Assembly (NCBI GenBank): GCA_030295235.1
Contig: AP026135.1
Location: 930,001-994,000 of the forward strand
Origin: Fistulifera solaris
Taxonomy: Eukaryota
DNA: 64,000 nt
Direction of reading: 5' to 3'
Both the position numbers and the translations under genes were made by a program. The notes beneath the pieces were generated by a model that made no database searches, was not told where the DNA came from, and was given only the letters and a program-made list of their open reading frames with translations. Below, piece after piece: positions 22,409 to 36,869 of the stretch (the first letter of the stretch is position 1; the number at the start of each line of letters is the position of its first letter).

Positions 22409-25084
22409 TTATGGTTCTTCGTCGTCCATGGTCAGTAAATTCGAGATACCGCCAACGAGAAGCTGGGAACTAAGATCATCCAGCAGCGAAGATGTGGATA
22501 CATCAGCATCGTTCTCAAAGATCGCATCACCCCTGGATGCACTTTCAGCTAGAGCAGTGACTTTTGTTGGAACATTCCTCAACCGTGCCGCTTTTATCTT
22601 TGAAGCCCATGCATCTGATGAATTTTGTGATGGTTCCATAACATTTGAATTAAACATAGCCGCCGCTCTCTGATGGAGTTTAGAAAGCCCCTGAACATTA
22701 CAGACCCGTGCTTCAAGTTCAGCCAATGAGTGATAAAGAGGTGCATGCGCTGGATCCATTTCTAAACCTTTCTCAAGTATCTCTCGCGCTTCATTAATTT
22801 TCCCCTCGCCAAGAAGGCCTTCACCGAGAGCGCGATATAGGGACGGGTTCGAGGGCGAGCACTCTACACCTCTTCTCAATAAAAGCATAGATAGCCCGCG
22901 GTTTCCCAATCTTTGCTCAATCTCCGACGCAATCAGCCATCCTGCTCCGTTGTGCTTGTCTAGTGTGAGAGCTTTCGTTATCAATACTTTGGCGTCCTCT
23001 GAATTTCCTTCTCGTAGTTCAAGACTAGCCCAGCCTTGATACAGAGATGATAGATTAGGTGATTGATTGATCCCTTTCTCAAAAAGTGCTCTTGCCTCGG
23101 TCACGTTTCCAAGACGACTTTCCATTACAGCATAAGCTTGCCATAACGGCCCGTGCCGAGGCATATTTTTGATCCCACATTGAAAAAGTGTCTTTGCAGC
23201 TTTCCAATTCCCGGCCTTCATCTCCAAAACACCCCATGCCTGCCATGCATGGGCGTGTCTTCGATCGTTCATGACGGACTTTTCAAATAGAATCCTGGCT
23301 TTCTCTACATTTCCAAGCCTTACTTCACATAATGCAGCACCCAGGAGTAGCTGGGAAGAATTTCCATATTGTGCGACACCATCATTGAAAATTTCCAACG
23401 CCGCTACTATTCTGTTAGAGTTCAACTCAAGCATTCCCAATGTGTGCATGAGAAAAAGCGCCCTCTCGCGGTGAGGAGAATCTTTTCCAATTTCCTGTCT
23501 TTTCGCTGCATTTCTCCCTTCAATCAGCAATTTACGAGCGGAACCAATATTGCCCAGAGCAAGCTCAAGTTTTGCAAAACCGTGATACAATGACGCGGCA
23601 TCGGAGCATTTGGCTCGAACTCCCCGCTCGAAAATGGAACGTGCTTGTTGTTCGTCGTCCTCTTGCTCGAATACACAACGAGCATACGCATTGTAAGCAG
23701 GAGCGTGCCTGGGATCTATAAGGAGAGCTTCTTCGAACAATTGTTTGACGAGAGCAAAATTTGTTTTCTTGGATGTTGGATGATGGAGCTCCAGCAATGC
23801 AATGGCCACTAGACATGGCGCTGATGGCTGAATGCATAGACTAGCGCGATATAGTGTTCGCGCCCCAGTGTAGTTTCCCATCCGCTCTTCAACCTTTCCT
23901 GCTGCCTGAAGTAATGAATAATCTTGCGGATGACGTTCCAATCCACGATGCAATATCTCTCTTGCCGATTTCAGGCGACGAGCCTTTACTTCTATACTCG
24001 CCAAGGCATTAAAAACGCGCCCATCAGCAGGTAGCGAAGAACTATCTTGGATATTGAGCTCACATGCTTGCTCTAGTTTCTGTCTCTCGGCGTTCTTGCG
24101 GATGCCTCCATCGCTCGTAAAGGCGTTACTCTTTCGTTTTTGCGCCGACCCTCAAAACGAGCCAGAGCGACTTGAACTAAGCTAGCACTTGTAGTTGCGT
24201 TTCGCAACGACTCTGTCAGCAATTGCCGAGCACCGTTTATATTCGAAAAGTATCGCTCTTCCAGCCAGGCGGACGCCAAGGCCACTTCGGTCCTTTCTCG
24301 ATCCGATGACACTTTGTTGAGATGCTTTGCGTATAATCTCCGAGCTTTCGTATACTGTTCTTGTGCAATGTAAGCCGTTCCTAGTGAGCAAACCAAAGCA
24401 GCTGTGCTTTTCTTTTCGAGTGCGTGCTGCCAGAGATTGACAGCGGCAGTGGCATTATCTTTTTCGAGTAGTAATCCGTACGCGTGGCACACATAAGGGT
24501 TATACGGATCAATCTCCAGTGCCCTCCCGAAAAGTTCTTTGGCGCGTTCCGAACGACCAGCATTCTGTTCGAAGACAGCCCAAGCTTGCCATAAGTGCAC
24601 CGAATTGGGACAGGCAGCTGTTCCATTATGAAACGCAATTGTTGCTCTGGTTGTGTTCGGAAAGCGGCGCGCCTGTAGTCGAGCCAGGGCAAGATAGCTA
24701 TGCGAATCTCTTGGATCTAGTACAAGAATGTCACTCAAAGTTTGTGCGGCTTTCCGCCAAAGTCCTTTCTTTTCTAAATATTGCGCTTTTTGGAAACAAG
24801 GTTCGGACTTTTTGTCGAGTCGTTTTCGGTTTCTGTATATGATACGTGCGATGTCTCTTTACTTTCTCGGTATCTGCAGAGTTTGACGGTGCAACAGAAG
24901 CAGATTGACTTGTTATTGAGTGTAATTTTGCACGGTGAGAAAGACGTCCGCGAGAAAGACATGAAACGGAGTTCTCGTTTGTTAGAAAACATTGCCGTCG
25001 GTGATGAGAACTTGATGGAAATGATCCGAAGCCAGCAGCAATTGCAATAAGAATACAGAAAAGTAGCGAGTCTAGAATCGTCAT
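22409..25084 (-). CDS. Plastid HAT/TPR-repeat RNA maturation factor, Mbb1/HCF107-like (2 frameshifts)
   Basis: Signal peptide + F; many HAT repeats (WQAWAVFE...A..LF.RAL.IDP, AWQAWGVLE, LWQAYAVME). Confidence 0.8.
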
Positions 25085-25559
25085 TTCTTGTTGTTTTCCT
25101 TTGTTGTTTATTATATGTACATGTGCTTGCTACAGTGTTTTCACAGGAGAAAACAAATAATTAGACTTAAAAAGCAACATCGTTGCACCGATTTCGATTT
25201 TGATGGTGGAACGAATACAAAGGTATCGTCGCACGTCACAGCATACGTCTGGCCTGCTGACGGCACGAAATGTGTAGTTGTCTTATGGGTAATAAGATAT
25301 CGCAGAATTAGATCGCGTTTGTTTGTGGTTTCCATGGCGCAAAAACACTTGAATGGGCATGCGCGCGTGAACTATACTTAATTCGTACTTTCCTTTGGTT
25401 TGAAAAGCGTATGCGGAAAACAGGGAACCAAAAACGCGAAGAAAGAATGAGATACAAAGGATACTCCGTAACACGTAAATTCTACAAGCGATGAAAGAAG
25501 TTCTGTCAATCTAGTTTCACCTCGAAACCCCTCGCTCATAATCCGCAACATGAGCAAAA

Positions 25560-27875
25560 ATGGACAACGAACAACTTCTAATGAAAGACTTGGAGAAAGG
25601 AACTCCGTCGCATTCCGACCCCATAACTGAGGCGCATGCACCTGACCAATCTGATGATTTTCCCATCAAAAGCGAGCACTGCGCTGCAAGTTTATCGTTA
25701 GCTGATGCACATCTTGTTACGAAAGACGGAATCGCTAGCACTGAGACGAGTTCTAATCACCTGGGACAAAAGAGCGACGTCTCTACCGTTCCCCGAGCTC
25801 TGTCACGACGATCCTCTCTGTGCTGGGGAATCTGTTTGTTGACGACCTCCATTGCAATTCTTCTGAGTATCCTTGGAACCATCGATCGTGAAGATCATAC
25901 AACAACGATTGTCCATCCCGAGCTGAATGATGTCATCAATTACTTGCTATCTCACAATATTTCGTCTCTCAAGGATTTGACTTCTGAGAAATCACCCCGT
26001 CACATCGCTGCGCGGTGGCTTGCAGAGAACGATCCGGCTGAGATGCCTCTTCCTGTTCATTATGATTATCTGTACGTGACACGTTATGTAATGGCTTTGA
26101 ATTACTTTGCTTTGAACGGAGACGACTGGACCGTGAAAGTAAATTTCATGACAGGTAAACATGTCTGCCGCTGGAACGATGCGAAACATGCCTATGGAAG
26201 CCAAGGCGTCGAAACCGGTGGATTACTTTGTGGCGATAGCGGCATGCCGGAAGTCTTGGACCTAGGTAAGATTCGTCGCGTATGGCATTTCTTTTGATAA
26301 GCAAAACGAGCTCAGCTTGCGACGTTTGCTGACTCGAACCATCTCAGAATACAACGGGTTGAGCGGCTTGATACCGACAGAGAATGGCTTGCTGACAACC
26401 CTGAAGGTCTTCGACATGGAAGTCAATGGTTACATACAAGGAACAATTCCAACCGAACTCTGCAATTTAGTGAACTTGGAAAGTTTAACACTTCGAGGGA
26501 ATGACCTAGGTGGCAACGTTCCTTCCTGTTTGGGGAGATTCGCAAAATTAATAGAATTCAACATCGAGAGTAACAGCTTCAGCGGCCCCTTGCCGGAAAA
26601 TGTGTGTGGAATGACGAGCATGGAGTACTTCGTATTACAAAGAAATCTCTTCAGCGGGAACCTCCCATCTTGCATGGGAAAATGGACTAATCTAAAAGTT
26701 CTGGCACTGTCAGACAACTCGTTTCATGGGAGATTGCCAACTGAGTTAGTAGCCCTGCAACACTTACAGGAGCTCACAATTGATGACAATCAATTCCATG
26801 GCGATCCGTTCCCCATTGTTAGTACGCTCACTGATTTGAAAATCCTGTACGCGTCCGACAATAATTTCTCTGGGGTACTCGAGGCTCATGTATTCAACGA
26901 TCTTCAAAAACTTGAAATATTCGATATTTCTCGCAATAACTTTACTTCGACAGAGCTTCCTTCGCGTCTTCTGCAAATGCCGAGGCTAGAAGTCCTTGAT
27001 CTGTCAATGAATTCTTTAAGAGGACCGCTGCCCGAGGACATTAAAGAAAATGACGTTTTGTGGTTTTTCTCAGCAAGCAAAAATTTCTTGGACGGGGTTA
27101 TCCCTAGCGCTCTCAAAAATCTCTCGTCACTTCGTCACTTAGATCTAAGCGAAAACGCGTTTCATGGTGTGTTGAGGAGCGAGCTGTTTCAAATGACAAG
27201 TCTCGTGAATCTGTTCCTGTCCGAGAACCCATTCCTACACCAGGGAAAGATTCCAGAAACTATTAGTGGCATGACACAACTGAAAGAGCTCTCGATGAAG
27301 AACACTAATCGAAATGGGACATTGCCAGAGCTGGTCGATTTTGCGAATTTGAATCTTCTGGACTTTGACAACAATGGTAAGAAAATGTATCTCATTGTGT
27401 TGCTATGACTGCGGACGATCTCAAGTCTATGTCTTTTATGATGAATCTCCTCCAGGATTTACCGGAACGATCCCTGAGAATTATGCAAATCTTCGGAATC
27501 TTGTTTACGTCATGCTCAATCGCAATCCCATCCACGGTCTTGTACCTGACTTTGGCGATGCGGAATTGCTGCATACGCTTCTCCTTGACGGTACTGGTCT
27601 TTGGGGAAACATTTCAAGCATTTGCAAGCTACCGGCCTTTATCGGAGACCCTGATTCTTCAGCTCGACCAATCGCTGTAGCCGAGTGCGGTAGTGAAAAT
27701 AGTCGTATTTCATGCGCTTGTTGCCATTGCTGCGACGCAGAAGCGACTCCCTCGCAGCGGTAGCTGCTCGGATCCTATCGTTGCTAGTCTGGACTGGACA
27801 TGGGAATACGGCTTCCAAAGAGATGCTCGTAATTTCGGCATTAATCGAAGTGCACTACAAGACCCAATCGTCTAA
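25560..27875 (+). CDS. Type II membrane leucine-rich-repeat protein
   Basis: N-terminal TM, diatom-type cap (SPRHIAARWL, RYVMALNYFAL.G..W, VCRW), about 15 plant-type LRRs and a Cys-rich C-cap. Introns 26266-26347 and 27377-27455; frameshift near 27755. Confidence 0.88.
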
Positions 27876-27994
27876 AGAAATCAGAAAATGATCAAGTCAG
27901 CAAAAAGTAAATTTAAAAAGCAATTGGTTCATCATTCCACTTACAGACAACCACGGCGCTAAGTGTTTCGCTTCTGTAGACTTCGCCGTCATCG

Positions 27995-29451
27995 CTAATT
28001 CGCTGGTGATTTCTCCGCAAATCCCAATGCAATTTGCAAGTAATCTTTCCAGTTCCACATTTCAACAGGTTTCGCTTCTACTGGTTGGTCGGTACTCAGT
28101 CCCATCGACGCCTTTGGCTCGGTGAGAACTTGCAAAACATAGAACGGAAACTGAGAAGCCCTGCCGCGAATCGAGGAAGCCAGCTTCTCGACTTTCCGCT
28201 TTCGCGTCCACAAGAAATGCAAATATAGGCTTGTGCAAGCAAGGCGTTGGGTGAGTTCCAAGAAAGCAGGCTTGTCCGCCTGTGTTCCGAACGTAAAGGC
28301 GCCCAGTATCACGAGAGAGTCGGCGGCCATGAGTATTCCCACGACGAGTTCAAACACTAAGCTGACTTTGGACGTAAGTCTCGCCAAAATACTTTGTCGT
28401 TGTGCGCCAGTGGCTTCTCTCCAATTCTTTGGTGTCACCAAGATACTCATACCGGCATCCACTAACGCGTACCCTGTATTCAGTAGCGAAGAACAAATCC
28501 CCGAGTTCGGCGACGAGCTGAGCGTCGAAAGCACGAGTATATCGGAAAGGACAAGAATTGTCGACACGAACTCGCGAAGAACGACCGGTCCGACAATGGA
28601 AACGATCAACGCAATGTAGGACTGCCACCATTGCTGTACAACTTTTCCGTCGACGGACGTGGGAAGCCGGGAAGGCAACCACAGCTGCAGACAAGCGGTG
28701 TAGAAAAGATACTGCGAAACAGGATCTTTCACCAGAGCTTCCAACCACGACCTGGCCTGACGGAGGCCGACATCGGGAATAGCACGAGCTGTCATGAAAG
28801 TGGCCGCCAGGAGACCAGAAACATGTTTCACCATGGCAAAGAGCATACATCGCTTCATTAACGAGAGTGATAAGACCGCTCTTCGTTGATTGGTCGCGGC
28901 AATGACTGCTCCGATACCCGCCGAAGATGCTAATAAACTAAGCAACGACTGTAATGCATGTGCTCCGCCGTGACTTTTGAGAAAGTAATGAGCCAAAATT
29001 GAGGTCGCTCCAGCTTCAATGCCGGCATTCTCCAGACTTTCCGCCGCCAGTGTCTTGTCAAACGTAAAATCGGAAGAACCCAACGCCCATCCGAGAGAAT
29101 CCAGAGATCTTTCTACGTCATGGACTTCGGGATTCGCTTCCGAACCGAAACGCAATTGATGCGCTCGATTGCGAATAGCATTCCCAAGGCATCCGCAGCA
29201 TCCTCCTCTTTCAGGGACTGATTGATTCGAGCCTTGTCGTCTTCGGTGTCTCTTTTGCTCTTGGTTTTTTTCTTTTTGCTAATTTTTCTTCTTCTTGGAT
29301 ACTTTCTTGGTAGATATGTCCGATGGTTCGGTAGCACCTCCGCGTCGGAACAATGCGATCGCGGATGGCGCCGTAAAAAGATTCGCGGCCGCAAAAGTAC
29401 CCCACGTCGTAAGGCATAAAGAGCCAGAATACATTTCCCCTGGGTTTTCAT
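27995..29451 (-). CDS. Multi-pass membrane protein, possibly TMEM33/Pom33-like (5' frameshifts)
   Basis: 386-aa ORF with several TM segments; LVKDPVSQYLFY and LYLHFLWTR loosely recall TMEM33. The 5' part is split over frames. Confidence 0.5.
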
Positions 29452-29900
29452 AGTAGACAAACTACACTGACGATATTCAAAGCAAGAGGGTATCTAAAGA
29501 TGGGAAATGAAAAGGACGTGTGACGAAGAATAAGCGACGGGACGCCGTGTTCATTCTTTCGCGATTTACGCCGCAACCATAACGCAAGGCCGTAAAACTA
29601 TGGTGTCAGGTACAGTTAGGTTAGAGATAATGCACATTTTAGCTTCAACAATCGGCAGAGATTATCGAGAATCGAGAATCGATACACGCTAGATGAAAAA
29701 ATTTAGGCAAATGCAGCGAATCGATGTAAATAAGATGCATTAGCTATTTCGACAACCTGAGTTCAATCAAAAGGTTAGTAAAGACGAAAGCAACTTCGGC
29801 TTCTAAAGTTTTCGTGACTACAAACAATCAGTCGTGGTAAGAATCCGTTTACACGTTACTCCTATAATCAGTTATTATGGGTTATGGCAGCATAATTGCT

Positions 29901-32227
29901 TTATTCAAGTCCATTGTGACGCAAGAGAGCACCAGGTCGAGGTTCTCGTCCCCTGAATTGTTTGAAGACCTCCATCGGGTCAACACCACCACCCAAGCTT
30001 AGCACTGTGTCACGAAACTTTCTTCCTACTTTTTTCACTTCCTCCTCGTTGTCCAGCCCAACTTCCTCAAAGGCAGCAAACGCGTCGGCACTCATAACCT
30101 CAGCCCATTTGTAACTATAGTATCCCGCTGCGTATCCTCCCGCGAAAATGTGCGAGAAACTACACAAGAAACGATCCTCCGGCAAAGGCATCATGTACGG
30201 CACGTACTTGGACGAGATTCTGCGCTGCACGTCAAAGATCGATTCTCCTTCGCCTTTCTCACCCGCCTCCGCATCAAAGGCCGAGTGGAGCTCCAAGTCA
30301 ATCTGGCCGAAAACCAGCTGTCGACATGTGGCCATACCGGTACCGTACATGCGTTGCTTCTCGAGCTTGTCAAACATCTCTTCGGGCATGGGTGCTCCAG
30401 TTTCCCAGTGTTTGGCGAATCCATAGACCGTCGACTTGTCAAATAACCTATAAAGAAAGAAGGAAAATCCACGTTTCGTTAAGACATTGATTGTCGGCCA
30501 TTCATCGTAACTTTCAACCACTTACCAATTCTCCATAAATTGAGAGGGAAGTTCGACGGCGTCCCATTCTACGCCACTAATACCAGCTACGTCACCCACC
30601 GTAGCGGTGGTGAGCATATGTTGCAAACCATGACCGAATTCATGGAACAGGGTAGTCACTTCTCGAAACGTCATGAGAGAAGGTTTCGAGCCAACGGGAG
30701 GAGACCCGTTGCAAGTTAAATAGGCGACAGGAGTATCGCGACCACAAGCTTCGCTCTTTCCAATACAAACGTTCATCCAAGCACCCCCTCGTTTATTCTC
30801 CGGTCGCGAATAGGGGTCGAGAAAGAAACTAGCAATGTGTTTTCCACTCTCTTTATCATACACTTTAAAAAATCGAACATCTGGGTGCCATACTTGCTCC
30901 TCTCCGTCCGCACTCTGAACCTCAATGTCGAAAATACGAGAAACTAGCTGAAACATACCGTCCAGCACAGCCGGAAGAGCGAAATAAGGACGAGTCTCTT
31001 CCTCGGTTAACTCAAACTTGGATTCTTTGAGTCGTTCACTCCAGTACGTCACATCCCAATGCTTGAGTTCACTGTATTCGTCGCCACCCTTCTCTCGGGC
31101 CAGGGCGGTAATTTCGACCAACTCCTTTTCTGCGGCAGGCAGTGCCTTGGCAGCAATCAAGTCGGTCAACTCGCGCACCGCTTCTACAGATGGTGCCATT
31201 TTGGATGACAAACTTTGTTCGGCATAGTTGTCAAACCCCAACATTTTCGCCATGCTGTTCTTGAGCTTGAGTGTCTCATAGATGATCGGTGTATTGTTTC
31301 GTTCGTCACTGGATGCGCGTTGGAGATACGCTTTATAGACTTGTTCACGCACAGTGCGATCCTTCATATGCGACATGACGGCAATGTAGGACGGCATGTC
31401 CAATGTGATTCGCCAAGGTCCTTTCTCAACATCCAATTCTTCGCTACTTTGCTTCACAAAATTCACGTGCGCATTCGCCCACATGGCTTTGGCCGAATCG
31501 GGTACGCCTTCCATCTGACTCGCGTCAGTGAGGGTCAAACTGAATGCTTTGGTCTCGTCCAAGACGTTGTTGCTGAACTTGGTAGCCAGCTCCGCTAGAC
31601 GCATTTTCATGGTATTAAAAGTCTCCTTCGCTTCTCCCTCAAGACCGACTCCTCCTAGTTTCATCGATCTCAAAGAATTCTCCACAGCGCGCTTCTTCTG
31701 TTGTGTGTAAAGGAATCATCATCCGCCACTTTCTGCTTCTCTTCGATTGCCGAAAGGGCGGCAAAGACCGGTTTGCTCTGTTTGAATTGCGTTAATGCCT
31801 TGACAATTTTTGGTTGATTCGCTTGATAGGCCTCGCGTAACTCATCGCCATTCTTGACCGCATTCAAATGGCCCGCCACTCCCCACGTGTACCCAATCGG
31901 AAATTGCATCTTTTCGACTTCCGGCAATACGGATTCATACTCAATATTATCAGTAGAAGCACTCAATTTCGTCTCTAGACTTTGAAAATCGTGTTCTAAT
32001 TTCTTTAACAGTTCTTCCACGGCTGGAGTCAAATCTTGGGGGTCAATTTCCGCAAAGCGAGGCAGTCCCTCTTGTTGCAAAAGCGGATTGGTCGTTGTTG
32101 TTACGGAAGTGGTCATGGCCAAAGCGGATGTGCGATAGAACGATCGAACCGTCGAAGATCTTGAAAAGGCACGAACCGCAACCGAACCAAGAAACATGAG
32201 ACGCGCAAACGGCAGGACTGGCTTCAT
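29901..32227 (-). CDS. prlC: Oligopeptidase A (peptidase M3A), organelle-targeted
   Basis: NPLL..GLPRF, KRGGAWM, TLFHEFGHGLQH, WDAVELPSQFMENW, FSHIFAGGYAAGYYSYKWAEV, FRGREP. Intron 30448-30525; frameshift near 31700. Confidence 0.95.
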
Positions 32228-32622
32228 GGTGTGAAAATGAGATCTTTTTTTTTTTTTTTTTTTTGCGAACGACGACTTTTCATGTGACGAAGTCGACCAG
32301 TTGCCTGACTCACAACTCACAATGCTCACGTACTACGTAGGACACAGTCAAATGAAATCCAGTTTAGACTTTTTCCTTATGCCGTACGGTTACCGGTACG
32401 TCAAGCACAATGATTTCGTTATTATACTCAAAAGTGCCACTTGTCACACGTCCATTATTTTTAAAGAAAAGAAGCACCGCGCGCACGCGGCGTTTTACCT
32501 CATCACCATGATGATTGATGATGATGTCCATCAACAAATTAAAAATAACCAAAACTTCCAAGTTCTCAGCATCATAACAAGCTGATTCGATTGTGCTTCA
32601 GGCTTCATTAACACAGGATACA

Positions 32623-34511
32623 ATGAACAATTTCTTTGTGCTTGCAATTGGTTTGCTGATCCATTTACGGGAAACTACAAGCTTCACTGTATTCGGTGCG
32701 CCATGGAGACAACTTCGATTACATGTTGCTCCTCGACATTCTTCCATATCCACCCTCAACGAACCGCAATCAACATCACTGCAAGAAGCAATGAACCTAA
32801 GGGACATGTTTTCGGAAATTGCAGCCAAAGATTCACAATGGCTGCAGGAATATGTAATTGATATGCTGGACGAGGATGACGAGGAGTGGCTCACCATCAT
32901 CCGACAAGCTACGCAGGATGCGGCAAAGCCAAAACCAAAGCCATCACGACAAGTATCCACTCCTGCCTCTTCCATCGACGAGGCATCTGACAGCGCGGCA
33001 TTGTCCACACTTTCTTCAACTCCCTCCGAAAGAACCGAGATCGTACGGAATGACATGACCAAATCGGACGAGACGCTCATAGATACAACGGTGACAAAAG
33101 ACATCGATCCAGATCCAGTCCTTGAAACGAAAACATTCACTCAATCCAAAGAAAAGAAGTTATCTAGTTCGGAGCACTTGTTAGATCGGAAAAGCAAAAT
33201 AAAACGAGAAGCGTTGCAAACCGATCGGAATGCGACAGTGGTTAAGGACGTACCGACAATGAGTCATGCTACAAAAGAAATTCTACCAACGAACAATGAA
33301 GCAAAAAATGCGTCGGAAGAGATCACTTCCAAACGAAAAGCACCTAGTTCTGAACACTTGCTTGATCGAAAAAGTAATACATTGAAACGAGACGACTCGT
33401 CAAAAGACGTCGTGGTCAACCAACAATCTACTGGTGCTACATTAGATCTCAATACATTACAAAACCAAGTCTCCACGGTAAAAGAACGTGAAATACTCGG
33501 TGCTGAACCTGCTGCGTCTTTCGATGATGTCAATCAAACAACAATGAACCGCAAGGAACCGCTTCCCGCCGTCCCACTCCCAAATATCACGAACTCCTTC
33601 AAAAGAACGCGCAACGTCAGCCCCGACGAAGATACGACGAATAAAACCGCGTCGATAAGGACAGAAACGAAAGCCAATGATGAAAAAGTTGTCGTGTTCA
33701 GCGATTCCAGGTTAAAAAAGAAACAAAGGGTCGTACTTTCGAAGCTTGTGTCGCTGGGATACTCTGCAGAGGAGATTCTTTCGCTGGATCCAGATGCTCT
33801 TTCCTTGATTGTGGAAGACAACTTGCGACGACCCAGCACAGGTGTTCCTGTCACTTGGAAAAGCGACAAACAACTTATCAAAATTGAATCTCCCGAGAAT
33901 CTCAATCGTCAACGCTCCTCATCAACTGAGACCGAGACACCCGCTGCAGACCCTAAACCGAGACTAAATACGATTTCCTCTTATGCCGAAATGACAAAAG
34001 CACAAAAGAACCACTAATCAGTGGAAGACAAGATCGTGGCGACGAGTTAGCTACAGAGACGTCTCGTGTCAATGGTGAAGCACGAGTCAAACCAAAGAAA
34101 GAAGTCGACAGAGCGAACGCGGCAGATGCAGGCACATCTGTTAAGGAGGAACGACAGCGTCGAGTGTTTACAGGAAGGCCAGAACCTGGCCCTCCTCGTG
34201 ATGACCCTCCTCCACCAAAGGCATTCTGGCCAGATATTGATACGTTCCGCTCGTTACTCCGAAAAGAAGCTGCGATGCGGCTAAGTATCCTTGGCGATGA
34301 TTGGTCTCAAACCGTGAAGGATGAAAGCGAATGGCGACTAAATCTTTACAAAAATTGGTTATGGACACTACATACAGGAGTAGGTGATCCGTTGATTGAA
34401 AGTCGAAGTGATCGAATGAGGCGAAGCAGAAGGGATCAGGCCAAGTCACAGAGCAAGACAAAAGGAACGCCATCGAATAAGGAGCGACAACGCCGTCAAC
34501 GAGATGATTGA
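32623..34511 (+). CDS. Hypothetical plastid-targeted protein with low-complexity middle (frameshift near 33990)
   Basis: Signal peptide ending TTS-F; repeated SSEHLLDRKS; Trp-rich C-terminal domain WPDIDTFRSLLRKEAAMRL...LYKNWLW. Confidence 0.65.
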
Positions 34512-34576
34512 AGGAAGCATACAGAAAGAGAAATCATGTATTGTAATTTAAAGCGCTATATGCTAATCACTGCGAT

Positions 34577-35153
34577 TTAAAGCTGAATTTCATCGCCATG
34601 TTCGTTGATGAGGTCACTGAACCACTTTGTGGCGTCCTCGGTATCAGTTGCTAAAATCAAGCTCGCAAGCGACTCCCCTGAGGAATTCAATAACCTGACG
34701 ATTCGAAGGACTTTTTTGGGCGATGTTTTCACTGTGAGGACCATCTTTGAGACGTGCGACAAGCGCACGTGAAACTCGAACGACTTGTCCTCGGATGCCA
34801 ATGTCATCAAGTTCGCGCCTGTACTCGGTTGCTGCGATATCTTTAGAACAGGGCCTAACTCGTGCGTGGTTTCTAAAATTGCACCGCTACCCATGACGAC
34901 TACACGAAATGGGTATTTCGAAACATGAATCTCTGTCAGCAAATCATATACTTTCTGTTCAGGGGGAGGTGAGCTCTCCCATTCGCGGTGATGAGTGATC
35001 CGAGCTCGTGGCACCGCCGAAGAGGGTGAAAGTTGAAGGAAGGAGCCAATTTGAGTCGATTGGAGGGACAAATGCATCGGAAAATGGAGACATCAATGTC
35101 CATGCGAGAACAAGAAGATGTAGGCTTTTCAAAGGTGACAAAACATACTTCAT
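34577..35153 (-). CDS. Plastid-targeted ChuX/HutX-like heme-utilisation carrier (frameshift near 34980)
   Basis: Signal peptide ending SDA-FVP; FRVVVMGSGAILE...FEFHVRLSHVSKM...IVRLLNSSGESLASLIL...WFSDLINEHG pattern. Confidence 0.65.
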
Positions 35154-36869
35154 GTTGGGGCTACTTCAAGGTGCAATCAGAGCGAACTTTGAGCGAAAGC
35201 GTTACAGCCAGTTATCGGATATCTTTTCTTTGCAATAGATACGCTGGATCACCGCAATATATTATTATTTGAGAAAATGAAACATGGTGGGAATGGACGA
35301 CAACAAACTTCAGCATAAGGCAAACGATGAGATGCGAAGCGCGAGGCCTTTCCTTCAAAATCCAAACGAAAATTGCCGAAACCAAAACGGAGCAGTTTCG
35401 GGTTTGGGAGCATGGACGTCACAACGTCGAAAACATAGTGTCAGCCTACTTATCAGCCTACAGTACAATAACTGTAAGCCAAGAGCCGTGACCCGTGACC
35501 GTGACGTGTGAAGAAGGCTGCACGTGCGCGCGTTGCACGTTGCAAAATGTCACTTACAAACTTAGAGAATACTTATAAAGATACTTAGATCTTCCTCCTA
35601 CTTATCTACCTACACTTAATTATCACCTAAGGGTCTAGTAATGATCGGTAATGCGAATTACGTGGTAGGTGGTAGGGCGTAGGGCCCGACTTTATACAAC
35701 GTACGGGATACGGGAGAGTGTTCTTCAAACATAATTTTCGACGGTCAAGAGTTAAAAGAGTCAAGATTGGACGACGAGCGCGAAAGCGCGGGCCATCCTG
35801 CGAAAGTCATTCACCGGGACTTTCTGAGCATACAAATTGAGTCTGGTACAAGGTGCTGTAGAATTGAACGGCAGATCGACGTTGGAAGGAACGAAATTCT
35901 CTCAGTCAAAAGTAGTATCACTTGGAATGTACAGCAGAGGTGGAAGCCCTCACCAAACATCGATCTGCGAAGACAAGAATCCATCTCCATCTCATCACAA
36001 TTTCACAGTTTGCTGAAACACAGCAAAAAAAGCTCTCAAAGCTCAAAACAAACGCTACTGGTAAGTCTTAAATGTTCATGATAATCCCTTTTGAAGATAA
36101 TGAATAGTAAAACATCTTTGGTTCGGCTGGATCGCGTTGTGGTGGTCGTTTTTATGTCGACAAAGCATCAGAACGGGTATTATACAATAAAACCGGCTTT
36201 TTAGCCGAAGGCGAAGTCAGCCACCACGTCTTCTCTTTTTCCTTTGATAATACGTATTGTCAGTGTGCTCTTGAATTGTTTCCGGACTCGTCGCGATCTT
36301 TGTTGGCCTGGTTTTCAACATTTTCCATGCACCGGGAGTGTTGTCGTGATCGGCTTTTTTCAAAAAAAATCTCGATATTTTTTGCCCATGCCCGACGGCC
36401 GGCGGTGTTAAACTTCAGGTGGACCGCCGTAGAACGTCGTAGCCAAATGTTTGGGCAAAATCTCATCTGGTGTCGCCGTAGGCTCCAGTACTGAAGCTAC
36501 GGGGATGGCAAATCTGATTTGCTCTGGCCTCTTCCTACTTCCTGTGAGAGAGTGTTCGCGATTTTGCAGGATGATGCTGTCCGCGAAGTTCATCAATCGT
36601 CAAATCAGTGTGATCTGGTGTGCGGTGCTCGTTCATTCAAGTAACCCTCCGGCTTGGATGTTCCGGAACCTCTTTCAATGGGTACTTTCAATCCTTATAC
36701 AACAACTCATTCCGTGTCCCACCAACTCGTGTCTTCTGTTCGTGATTCATAAGGATCCCGAAAAAAATATCGGTCATGTTCTGCGTTTCGAATGTTTTTT
36801 CTCTCATTATGTTTGTCTTCCCTTGGCAATCTATATTACAGGTAACTGAAGATCAGCAAAGACGATATT

